From Nemertoderma westbladi (taxonomy: Eukaryota > Animalia > Xenacoelomorpha): 64,000 nt of DNA. Each line of letters starts with the position of its first letter. The stretch's first letter is position 1. This document shows, one piece after another, positions 40,001 to 52,164 of the stretch. Location of the stretch: contig JAUCBJ010009153.1 of the NCBI GenBank assembly GCA_032718475.1, positions 62,001 through 126,000 of the forward strand. Reading direction: 5' to 3'. The notes beneath the pieces are model-generated. The model searched no databases. It saw nothing but the letters and a program-made list of their open reading frames with translations, and had not been told where the DNA came from. Both the position numbers and the translations under genes were made by a program.

Positions 40001-43000
40001 TACCGGTACTACCTAGTGAAACAAACAAAGTTCGGCACTCTACCGGTACTACCTAGTAAAACAAACAAAGTCCGGCACTCTACCGGTACTACCTAGTAAA
40101 ACAAACAAAGTGCGGCACTCTACCGGTACTACCTAGTAAAACAAACAAAGTGCGGCACTCTACCGGTACTACCTAGTAAAACAAACAAAGTGCGACACTC
40201 TACCGGTACTACCTAGTGAAACAAACAAAGTGCGGCACTCTACCGGTACTACCTAGTGAAACAAACAAAGTCTGGCACTCTACCGGTACTACCTAGTGAA
40301 ACAAACAAAGTGCGGCCCTCTACCGGTACTACCTAGTGAAACAAACAAAGTCCGGCACTCTACCGGTACTACCTAGTAAAACAAACAAAGTGCGACACTC
40401 TACCGGTACTACCTAGTAAAACAAACAAAGTGCGGCACTCTACCGGTACTACCTAGTAAAACAAACAAAGTGCGACACTCTACCAGTACTACCTAGTAAA
40501 ACAAACAAAGTCCGGCACTCTACCAGTACCACCTAGTAAAACAAACAAAGTTCGGCACTCTACCGGTACTACCTAGTGAAACAAACAAAGTCCGGCACTC
40601 TACCGGTACTACCTAGTGAAACTCAAAGTCCGGCACTCTACCGGTACTACCTAGTGAAACTCAAAGTTCGGCACTCTACCAGTACTACCTAGTGAAACAA
40701 ACAAAGTCCGGCACTCTACCGGTACTACCTAGTGAAACTCAAAGTCCGGCACTCTACCGGTACTACCTAGTGAAACTCAAAGTTCGGCACTCTACCAGTA
40801 CTACCTAGTGAAACTCAAAGTTCGGCCATCTACCAGTACTACCTAGTAAAACAAACAAAGTACGGCACTCTACCAGTACTACCTAGTGAAACAAACAAAG
40901 TTCGGCACTCTACCAGTACTACCTAGTGAAACTCAAAGTTCGGCCATCTACCAGTACTACCTAGTAAAACAAACAAAGTTCGGCACTCTACCGGTACTAC
41001 CTAGTGAAACAAACAAAGTTCGGCACTCTACCAGTACTACCTAGTGAAACTCAAAGTTCGGCCATCTACCAGTACTACCTAGTAAAACAAACAAAGTCCG
41101 GCACTCTACTGGTACTACCTAGTAAAACAAACAAAGTTCGGCACTCTACCGGTACTACCTAGTGAAACAAACAAAGTTCGGCACTCTACCGGTACTACCT
41201 AGTAAAACAAACAAAGTTCGGCACTCTACCGGTACTACCTAGTAAAACAAACAAAGTTCGGCACTCTACCGGTACTACCTAGTAAAACAAACAAAGTCCG
41301 GCACTCTACCAGTACTACCTAGTGAAACAAACAAAGTTCGGCACTCTACCAGTACTACCTAGTGAAACAAACAAAGTCCGGCACTCTACCAGTACTACCT
41401 AGTAAAACAAACAAAGTTCGGCACTCTACCAGTACTACCTAGTAAAACAAACAAAGTTCGGCACTCTACCAGTACTACCTAGTGAAACTCAAAGTTCGGC
41501 CATCTACCAGTACTACCTAGTAAAACAAACAAAGTTCGGCACTCTACCGGTACTACCTAGTAAAACAAACAAAGTTCGGCACTCTAGCGGTACTACCTAG
41601 TGAAACAAACAAAGTTCGGCACTCTACCAGTACTACCTAGTGAAACTCTAAGTTCGGCCATCTACCAGTACTACCTAGTAAAACAAACAAAGTTCGGCAC
41701 TCTACCAGTACTACCTAGTGAAACTCAAAGTTCGGCCATCTACCAGTACTACCTAGTAAAACAAACAAAGTTCGGCACTCTACCAGTACTACCCAGTGAA
41801 ACAAACAAAGTTCGGCACTCTACCAGTACTACCTAGTGAAACTCAAAGTCCAGCACTCTACCAGTACTACCTAGTGAAACAAACAAAGTTCGGCACTCTA
41901 CCGGTACTACCTAGTGAAACAAACAAAGTTCGGCACTCTACCAGTACTACCTAGTGAAACTCAATGTTCGGCCATCTACCAGTACTACCTAGTAAAACAA
42001 ACAAAGTTCGGCACTCTACCAGTACTACCTAGTGAAACAAACAAAGTTCGGCACTCTACCGGTACTACCTAGTGAAACTCAAAGTTCGGCACTCTACCAG
42101 TACTACCTAGTAAAACAAACAAAGTGCGGCACTCTAACGGTACTACCTAGTAAAACTCAAAGTTCGGCACTCTACCGATACTACCTAGTAAAACAAACAA
42201 AGTGCGGCACTCTACCAGTACTACCTAGTAAAACTCAAAGTTCGGCAATCTACCAGTACTACCTAGTAAAACAAACAAAGTTCGGCACTCTACCAGTACT
42301 ACCCAGTAAAACAAACAAAGTGCGGCACTCTACCAGTACTACCTAGTAAAACTCAAAGTTCGGCAATCTACCAGTACTACCTAGTAAAACAAACAAAGTT
42401 CGGCACTCTACCAGTACTACCCAGTAAAACAAACAAAGTTCGGCACTCTACCAGTACTACCTAGTAAAACAAACAAAGTGCGGCACTCTACCGGTACTAC
42501 CTAGTGAAACTCAAAGTTCGGCCATCTACCAGTACTACCTAGTAAAACAAACAAAGTTCGGCACTCTACCAGTACTACCTAGTGAAACACACAAAGTTCG
42601 GCACTCTACCGGTACTACCTAGTGAAACTCAAAGTCCGGCACTCTACCAGTACTACCTAGTAAAACAAATAAAGTGCGGCACTCTACCAGTACTACCTAG
42701 TAAAACAAACAAAGTTCGGCACTCTACCGGTACTACCTAGTAAAACAAACAAAGTGCGGCACTCTACCAGTACTACCTAGTAAAACGCAAAGTCCGGCAC
42801 TCTACCGGTACTACCTAGTGAAACAAACAAAGTTCGGCACTCTACCAGTACTACCTAGTAAAACAAACAAAGTGCGGCACTCTACCAGTACTACCTAGTA
42901 AAACTCAAAGTCCGGCACTCTACCGGTACTACCTAGTGAAACAAACAAAGTCCGGCACTCTACCAGTACTACCTAGTGAAACTCAAAGTTCGGCAATCTA

Positions 43001-45617
43001 CCAGTACTACTTAGTAAAACAAACAAAGTGCGGCACTCTACCAGTACTACCTAGTAAAACTCAAAGTCCGGCACTCTACCAGTACTACCTAGTAAAACAA
43101 ACAAAGTCCGGCACTCTACCAGTACTACCTAGTGAAACTCAAAGTTCGGCAATCTACCAGTACTACTTAGTAAAACAAACAAAGTGCGGCACTCTACCAG
43201 TACTACCTAGTAAAACTCAAAGTTCGGCACTCTACCAGTACTACCTAGTAAAACAAACAAAGTTCGGCACTCTACCGGTACTACCTAGTGAAACAAACAA
43301 AGTCCGGCACTCTACCAGTACTACCTAGTGAAACTCAAAGTTCGGCAATCTACCAGTACTACTTAGTAAAACAAACAAAGTGCGGCACTCTACCAGTACT
43401 ACCTAGTAAAACTCAAAGTTCGGCACTCTACCAGTACTACCTAGTAAAACAAACAAAGTTCGGCACTCTACCGGTACTACCTAGTAAAACAAAGAAAGTG
43501 CGGCACTCTTCCAGTACTACCTAGTAAAACAAACAAAGTGCGGCACTCTACCAGTACTACCTAGTAAAACAAACAAAGTCCGGCACTCTACCAGTACTAC
43601 CTAGTGAAACTCAAAGTTCGGCAATCTACCAGTACTACTTAGTAAAACAAACAAAGTGCGGCACTCTACCAGTACTACCTAGTAAAACTCAAAGTTCGGC
43701 ACTCTACCAGTACTACCTAGTAAAACAAACAAAGTTCGGCACTCTACCGGTACTACCTAGTGAAACAAACAAAGTCCGGCACTCTACCAGTACTACCTAG
43801 TGAAACTCAAAGTTCGGCAATCTACCAGTACTACTTAGTAAAACAAACAAAGTGCGGCACTCTACCAGTACTACCTAGTAAAACTCAAAGTTCGGCACTC
43901 TACCAGTACTACCTAGTAAAACAAACAAAGTTCGGCACTCTACCGGTACTACCTAGTAAAACAAAGAAAGTGCGGCACTCTTCCAGTACTACCTAGTAAA
44001 ACAAACAAAGTGCGGCACTCTACCAGTACTACCTAGTGAAACAAACAAAGTTCGGCACTCTACCAGTACTACCTAGTGAAACTCAAAGTTCGGCCATCTA
44101 CCAGTACTACTTAGTAAAACAAACAAAGTTCGGCACTCTACCGGTACTACCTAGTGAAACAAACAAAGTTCGGCACTCTACCAGTACTACCTAGTGAAAC
44201 TCAAAGTTCGGCCATCTACCAGTACTACCTAGTAAAACAAACAAAGTCCGGCACTCTACCGGTACTACCTAGTAAAACAAACAAAGTTCGGCACTCTACC
44301 GGTACTACCTAGTAAAACAAACAAAGTTCGGCACTCTACCGGTACTACCTAGTGAAACAAACAAAGTTCGGCACTCTACCGGTACTACCTAGTAAAACAA
44401 ACAAAGTTCGGCACTCTACCGGTACTACCTAGTAAAACAAACAAAGTTCGGCACTCTACCGGTACTACCTAGTAAAACAAACAAAGTCCGGCACTCTACC
44501 AGTACTACCTAGTGAAACAAACAAAGTTCGGCACTCTACCAGTACTACCTAGTGAAACAAACAAAGTCCGGCACTCTACCAGTACTACCTATTAAAACAA
44601 ACAAAGTTCGGCACTCTACCAGTACTACCTAGTAAAACAAACAAAGTTCGGCACTCTACCAGTACTACCTAGTGAAACTCAAAGTTCGGCCATCTACCAG
44701 TACTACCTAGTAAAACAAACAAAGTTCGGCACTCTACCGGTACTACCTAGTAAAACAAACAAAGTTCGGCACTCTAGCGGTACTACCTAGTAAAACAAAG
44801 AAAGTGCGGCACTCTTCCAGTACTACCTAGTAAAACAAACAAAGTACGGCACTCTACCAGTACTACCTAGTGAAACTCAAAGTCCGGCACTCTACCAGTA
44901 CTACCTAGTAAAACAAACAAAGTTCGGCACTCTACCGGTACTACCTAGTAAAACAAAGAAAGTGCGGCACTCTTCCAGTACTACCTAGTAAAACAAACAA
45001 AGTACGGCACTCTACCAGTACTACCTAGTGAAACAAACAAAGTTCGGCACTCTACCAGTACTACCTAGTGAAACTCAAAGTTCGGCCATCTACCAGTACT
45101 ACCTAGTAAAACAAACAAAGTTCGGCACTCAACCGGTACTACCTAGTGAAACAAACAAAGTTCGGCACTCTACCAGTACTACCTAGTGAAACTCAAAGTT
45201 CGGCCATCTACCAGTACTACCTAGTAAAACAAACAAAGTCCGGCACTCTACCGGTACTACCTAGTAAAACAAACAAAGTTCGGCACTCTACCGGTACTAC
45301 CTAGTAAAACAAACAAAGTTCGGCACTCTACCGGTACTACCTAGTGAAACAAACAAAGTTCGGCACTCTACCGGTACTACCTAGTAAAACAAACAAAGTT
45401 CGGCACTCTACCGGTACTACCTAGTAAAACAAACAAAGTTCGGCACTCTACCGGTACTACCTAGTAAAACAAACAAAGTCCGGCACTCTACCAGTACTAC
45501 CTAGTGAAACAAACAAAGTTCGGCACTCTACCAGTACTACCTAGTGAAACAAACAAAGTCCGGCACTCTACCAGTACTACCTAGTAAAACAAACAAAGTT
45601 CGGCACTCTACCAGTAC
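34034..45617. repeat. 40/39-bp tandem satellite, block 4
   Basis: Same monomer; the first ~6 kb mirrors block 3, including the deleted monomer CAAAGTTCACTACGTAGTG (16621 and ~36282). Confidence 0.99.
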
Positions 45618-46143
45618 TGTTAGCTTATCCAATTCCGCTAACACAAACCCATAGAGTGAGCCATAAAGCAATATTGGGAGCACGAGGTTGATCACCAATC
45701 AACCTCGTGTCAGCCCAGTAAACGGGGACAATAGGCCCCAAAGGAAGCACACAATAGAGGGTCAGGGGCCAAACCCCTAACCCAAGGAGAACACAGGGAG
45801 TGAAGGGAAACACTCCAAAGGGTGCCAACAAGGGTATCAACCAATCAGAGGGGGGAAAGGCATCGATTGAGTAGCAATAAGGCCACCGTGCAATATAACC
45901 AGTAACCTGTAATCATTCATTCAGTTTACTCAGTCAGATCAGTAGGGTGGAACGGGGACTTCTGTCACCGTCCGCTACCGCCATCATACTTATATTACCT
46001 GTTGTGTTATACTATATATATATCAGACTATTATACCTTATACATATAACCGGACACCAGAACTGTTTCACCTTTCACACAACGGCGGGGACGCGTGGAT
46101 AGAAAACCCAACGGATAAACCGGGATCCGTAGATCCCGTCACA
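45618..46143 (+). repeat. 5' LTR (526 bp)
   Basis: TGTTAGC...CCGTCACA; no difference from the 3' LTR seen by eye; identical antisense 71-aa translations in the ORF track. Confidence 0.97.
45841..45926 (+). promoter_or_regulatory. Putative LTR Pol II promoter
   Basis: CCAATCA at 45841, TATAA at 45894, Inr-like TCAGTT at 45921, in canonical -80/-30/+1 spacing. Confidence 0.5.
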
Positions 46144-46154
46144 GTGACAGAACT
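46144..46154 (+). promoter_or_regulatory. Primer-binding-site position, non-canonical (GTGACAGAACT, no TGG)
   Basis: Directly follows the 5' LTR; first 9 nt are the reverse complement of LTR 45960-45968. Confidence 0.5.
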
Positions 46155-46232
46155 AGATCCGCCCAGCTGCCCTGACAGAGATAGAATAGAGCTACCGTCC
46201 TAGCTAGCGACGACCAGCTACTAAAGACGAAG

Positions 46233-49200
46233 ATGAGTCGAGAGAGAGGAACGACACCGCCGCGGACCCCGGACGACGATCTAACGATCCGTGAGGCCAC
46301 GGCGAGACGATACGAACCCACGACGCCGATCGATGCCACGCCGACCACGTCGACGCAGGTTGACGCCACGTCGACAACGAGCGACCCGGCGAACCAAGAT
46401 GTGGGGGGTCGTCTACAACCGGAGAGCGAGTCGAGGGAAGGAGACGAGAAGGGAGGAGAAGAGAAAGACGAGTCGACGCGGAGCGAGGGTCGACATACCG
46501 ATGTCACCGGTCAGCCACAGGCCGAGGACGACGGACGGTCCACCGGAACGGCAACGGTGGGGCCGTCGGTACGACGTCGGACCCGGAGAGACAGAGGAGA
46601 GATCGGCGACGAGGACGTCGGGGTTTCTGATCGACTTCGACGGGCCTACAACGCGACCCGGGAACTACTAAAGGAGGCCAAGGAGGGGGCGAAGGTAGAC
46701 GAGGTGAGACTGAGGAGACGACTAGGTGAGTCGAACAGGTACCTTGATCACCTAGTGTGTTCTGGGCAGAGAGAACTAGCCGAGGAGAGGGCGTGGGGAG
46801 TTGCCTTCGGACTGTTTGAACTATGGGAATGTGGGGGTATGGAGCCTAGTGTAGTGTACATAGGGCCATACTTAGTCGATGCCCGGGGAGCAAAATTAGT
46901 GGGTTGGAAGAGACCTGAGGAGGGCGAATCCGAGGTTAAACCCAAGGATTCGGTCTCGTCGGTCGGAAGAAGTTCCGGGAAGCGGGGGAAAGTTGGTAGG
47001 ACGGAGGGGCGACGGGAGTCTGTCGCAACCGATAAGTCTGCTACATCCTCCGCAAAAGAAAGAAGGGTGCGGGAGAGATATCTAAAGTGTAAATTAGGAA
47101 TGGCGGCGGCAGAGCAGGAACAGTTAGAGTGGCAATTGAGGAGTGAAACCACATTATTAGAGTTGGCAAGGGAGGATAGAGAGAGAGCCGAGGAGCGAAG
47201 AGATCGGGAGATGAGAGTAGAGAGCGAGCCGGCGAGCTGGTTTGATATGCTTGCGAGAGAGACGGCCGAGCGAAGTTTACGAGGGTACAGAGAGAGAGAG
47301 ATAGAGAAAGAGCGTGACCGGGATGATTTGTGTGCCCGGATAGGGAGGCTTGCGCAATATCAAGCCAAACTTAAACGGCGCCGACTAGAACTGGCGCGGT
47401 TGGAAATGTCAGAGAGTGAGACCCCACTTACAGGCACCGGGCGAGAGAACCAGAACTGGTGTAGCCGTACGGGCGGGGGGGGTAGTAGTAGTACGTTAGA
47501 GACAGTTAATGTTAATAGTACCGTAGTAAATAACCCTAATCCCTTTATTACAGGAAATATTTTACCCGGTAGTAGTAATTTAAGTTTAAATTCAAATAAT
47601 AACATTAATTCAAATATTCAGAATAATTCAAATAATACGAATAATAATTTAAATTTTGAAAATAATAACAATCCTAATTTAAATAATTTAAATAATAATC
47701 CCGTTTCAAATTCTAATAATTTAATTGATTTAACAAATAATATTGGGAATGGTGCTATTGATATGAGCGTGTCGGACGTGCATAACCCGACAGACGGTGG
47801 CCTGGTAGGCCACGTAGTTAGTAGGCAGGAAGTGGCAGGGCTGAGCCAACCCGACGGCGGCCTGGTAGGCCACGTAGTTGGTAGGCAGGAGGTAGCGGGG
47901 TTGAGCCAACCCGAGGTGGGCCTGATGGGCCACGCAGTAGTAGAGAGAGAGGCGGGGGTGAATAGACCCAGCCGTAGTAGAGACAGTGCGTCGACTAGAG
48001 AGGGGTGTAGAGACGAAGTAAGATATAGTGAAGTTAGATGTGGCGAGTGGGGGGGGGGCTACCGGCGCCCCACCACGTAAGACTAGTGGCGAGAGAGGGG
48101 GGGCAGAGAATGCCCCACAAGAGGGACGCAAAAGTGTAGTAAGAGATAGTGGAGTTAGAAGTGGCGGGTGGGGGGGGGCTACGGGCACCCCACCGCGAGA
48201 AGTTAGTAGAGAGAGAGGGGGGACAGAGAGTGTCCCACAGCCGTCAGCGGATAATGTGCGGGCCGAATCAGGTAAACCGCAACAACCGGCGACGGAGAGT
48301 AATAGGGGGATTGCGAGTATCCCCAGCGGCGTGCGATCGAGCAGAGAGAGGCAGGTTGACGTCGCGAGAGGGCAGACGAAGCGTCGAGCCCGACCAGAAG
48401 AGAGAAGAAGAACAGTGGAGTTTAACCGGGAGGTCGACGAGAGATCTCACGAGCCGGAATACTACACAGAAAAGAGAAGAAGAGAAGATAGTAAAAAAGG
48501 TGTCGCCACGAATGATAGGAGTGCGAGGACGGATAACGAACCGTCGATAGTAGAGATGGAGTCAGGGAGCCAGTGGGGTCGAACTTCGGGAGATTGCCGT
48601 CGCCCCGGAGAAACGCACCGCACGCCAAGAGAGGGGTACAAGACGTACCAATACAGAGTCTAGAACAGGAGAGGGGATCGGAGAGAAGCTTCCCGACGGG
48701 ATATAGCTGCCGATCGAGAGTGCAGTAGTCGCGGGGAGATTCGAGATTCGCGAAGAATAAACGTCGGTTCGGAAGGGCACATGCAGACTGCAGGACATAC
48801 TGTAGGCCTTACTGCACATACTATTATAGGCCATGCTGGGAGAGATAGAGTAGGCGATGGGGTAGCGCGAACGACGGAATTAAACCCGGAAGTCGCGGAG
48901 TACATACCGGTAGGTAGGCGAGAGGTAGGTAGGCCTATATCGGTACAGCAGCATGACTATAATACACAGGGACATAATATATATCCAGGGGAGGGGGGAG
49001 TTATTGGAGATAGACGTATGGGCCCCAATGTATTAACATCAACCCCAGCACCAAACATACCGGCCGGGGGGGGACAGGGTGACATTCCCCCATCACAATA
49101 TCGACAATGTACCCCGATAGGAGCAAGAACATCGAACTCCCTGGACGAGAACAGGTCGTGCGGACAGTCACAACCACACGCGGCCGTACAGGGGACTGCT

Positions 49201-49932
49201 AGTCCACAGTTAGGTGGTAGCAGGACCACACCGTGGCAGGGACAGAAAGAAAATAACACCAAAAATAAACACAATCCCAATATACCCAGTAGGCCGAGTC
49301 TAGACAACCAAAACATTAAATCGGTACATATAAACCTAAGCGCGATACGTGAAGGACTATACAGGAAACGCTATAATCCAGGATTCCAATGTCAATTACA
49401 TCGGGACGGAACCCATAAGACCAGGAGTTGCAAGTACTGGCAAGCGTTGCCCAAACGAGATCGTGTAGCCTACACAGACGCAAACGGACTATGTCATCGA
49501 TGTGTGGTAAAAGGACACAGATCCGGAGAGTGTTGGAAAGGGAAAGGATACGAAAGGACTAAACCAGGGGCAGAGAAGCCCATTAGCAAACTTAAGGGAG
49601 TCGGGAAAGTAGGAGGAGGCGTGTTGCATACACACGCAGGACGGACACAGTGCGAGGGGGCATTGCACGGGCAGACACCGCGTATACCGAGGGACGAGCG
49701 GGGGTCGTCGAGGGCTCTAATGCCAGCGCACATACGAAGGGGGAGGCCAGCAAAGGTGGCACCGAAGAGAGTGTGGCGAAGAGTTAGAGGACGTATAGGA
49801 GGGCAACAGGAGAGTGCCTACTGGAAGAAGGGGCACCTGAGAGTTTTTAGTCGTCCAAAGTTTTGGACTGAGGGGGGTGGGAATGAGGGCGAGACGCCCT
49901 TCCCACGCACAAAATATAAAATAATTATTTAA
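46233..49932 (+). pseudogene. gag: Gag-like ORF (~1,230 codons reconstructed) with one frameshift and one in-frame TAG
   Basis: ORFs 46233-48080, 48028-48663 and 48781-49932 join via an extra G in the run at 48049-48058 and TAG at 48661; charged coiled-coil N-terminus, Asn-rich island, CQLHRDGTHKTRSC...LCHRCVVKGHRSGEC knuckles. Confidence 0.7.
47788..48240 (+). repeat. In-frame coding tandem repeats (60-bp x~2.5, then 120-bp x2)
   Basis: PDGGLVGHVVSRQEVAGLSQ units; WGGATG(A/T)PPR...ERGG units. Confidence 0.8.
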
Positions 49933-49985
49933 TTAAAAATAAGAAAATAATTAAATAATAGAGTAGGTAGAAGTTAGGTAGTAAG

Positions 49986-50026
<41 letters not shown>

Positions 50027-51760
50027 AAGAGGGTACGTAGTACCGTTAGTTAGAGAGTTAGTAGGTACGTAGTACCTAATCAGAGTTAGAGTTAGTAGGT
50101 ACGTAGTACCTAGAGTTAGTTAGAGTTAGTAGGTACGTAGTACCTAATCAGAGTTAGAGTTAGTAGGTACGTAGTGCCTAGAGTTAGAGAGTTAGTAGGT
50201 ACGTAGTGCCTAGAGTTAGAGAGTTAGTAGGTACGTAGTACCGATAGTTAGAGAGTTAGTAGGTACGTGGTACCTAGTTAGAGTTAGAGTTAGTAGGTAC
50301 GTAGTACCTAGAGTTAGTTAGAGAGTCAGTAGGTACGTGGTACCTAGTTAGAGTTAGAGTTAGTAGGTACGTGGTACCTAGTTAGAGTTAGAGTTAGTAG
50401 GTACGTGGTACCTAGTTAGAGTTAGAGTTAGTAGGTACGTGGTACCTAGTTAGAGTTAGAGTTAGTAGGTACGTGGTACCTAGTTAGAGTTAGAGCTAGA
50501 GGGTACGTAGTACCGATAGTTAGAGAGTTAGAGGGTACGTAGTACCAATAGTTAGTTAGAGTTAGTAGGTACGTAGTACCTAGTTCGAGTTAGAGTTAGA
50601 GGGTATGTAGTACCGCTAGTTAGAGTTAGAGTTAGTAGGTACGTAGTACCTAGAGTTAGTTAGAGAGTCAGTAGGTACGTGGTACCTAGTTAGAGTTAGA
50701 GTTAGTAGGTACGTGGTACCTAGTTAAAGTTAGAGTTAGAGGGTATGTAAGTACCGCTAGTTAGGAAGTAGTAGAGCAGTAGGGGTTGTGGGCACCGGAA
50801 GCGCCACGCAGTTAGACTTAGTAGGGAATGCGCTGAACTTAGTGGGGCACGGGCGTGATGACGTGTTTGATGTAAGAGCAGGGTATGTTAATTAGGGTGG
50901 GTGCCGGGCACAAGAGGTGCCGGGCACAAAAAGAGTTAGTAGTAGAGTTAGTTGAGTTAGTAGTAGAGTTAGTTGAGTTAGTAGTAGAGTTAGTTGAGTT
51001 AGTAGTAGAGTTAGTAGAGTTAGAAGGTGCTGGGCACAAGAGGTGCCGGGCACAAAAAGAGTTAGTAGAGTTAGAAGAGAGTTAGTAGAGTTAGTAGAGT
51101 CAGTAGTAGTTCACATAATTAACGTACCCACTCTGCCGGCACTCAGAGCGTCACGTGTAGGCGATGAGACGTAAAGGGGGAGTAGAGGAGTAGAGACGGG
51201 TACATAGGGTACCAGTGAGTAGAAGAGTAGAGACGGGCACGTAGGGTGCCAGGTAGTAGAGTTAGAGAGTTAGAGATAGAGTAGAGTAGTAGAGAGGGCA
51301 CATAGGGTGCCAGGTAGTAAGTTAGAGAGGTAGTAGTGTAGTAGAGAGGGCACATAGGGTGCCAGGTAGTAGAGTAGAGCAGAGGGGGCACATAGGGTGC
51401 CAGGTAGTAGAGCTAGAGAGGTAGCTGAGTAGTAGAGGGCACATAGGGTGCCAGATAGTAGAATGGTTGTGGGCACCGCAAGCGCCACGTACTTAGAAGA
51501 GTGGAGTAGAGTTAGTAGAGCTAGTTAGTAGAGTTAGCAGAGCTAGTGGAGTAGAGTTAGTAGAGCTAGTTAGCGGACTTGGTAGACTCGGAGGAGTCAA
51601 GTAGAGCTAGTAGAAGTAGAAAGTTAGTAGGAGTTAGTTAGACTTAGTACAGAGTTTGAGTCAGTAGAAAGTTAGAGGCCCTCAGTTAGAGCTAGAAGTA
51701 GTAAGAGTTAGTAGTTAGCAGAGTTAGTTAGATAGTTAGAGTTAGTAAGCAGTAGGTAGA
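49986..51760 (+). repeat. Internal purine-rich repeat tract: (AGTT)10, ~30-bp GGTACGT(A/G)GTACC units, 21-bp units, GGCACATAGGGTGCC units
   Basis: Read directly; linkers are AGAGTT/AGT words nearly devoid of C. Confidence 0.9.
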
Positions 51761-52155
51761 TAGTATGATAGCACAGGGGTAGCATTAGAGATTAAAGCCT
51801 TAGGGAGTGACAAGAGAGTGGAGAGGTAATAGTGCGGAGTGCGAAGAGAGCGTGGGCGCAATTCAAGTGTGGGGGAGGAGAAGTGAGAGGAAGAGTGTGG
51901 GACGAGGAAGTCCGGGAGTATGCGAGAGTTGGAGTAGAATGGTGAGAGTGTTGGGGAAACAAAAATTGTGTGAGAGAAGCGCACGATCGGCCCGACACGA
52001 GACGCCAGAGGGTAGTGACATCATACCCATAGGGAGCGGCCTGGAAAGCCGACTCCGAAAAAATATACCCACCCCACACCCGATAATAGATCGGGATCCA
52101 GCGGAATTGTAGCGCACTTGAGTTGGATGCTATCTTCTCACCGGGAAGATAGCAT

Positions 52156-52164
52156 GGGGGGGAG
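52156..52164 (+). promoter_or_regulatory. Polypurine tract
   Basis: GGGGGGGAG immediately before the TG of the 3' LTR. Confidence 0.85.

Noticed and set aside
45774-45784. Telomeric CCCTAA in the LTR
   Set aside because: Single unit, expected by chance
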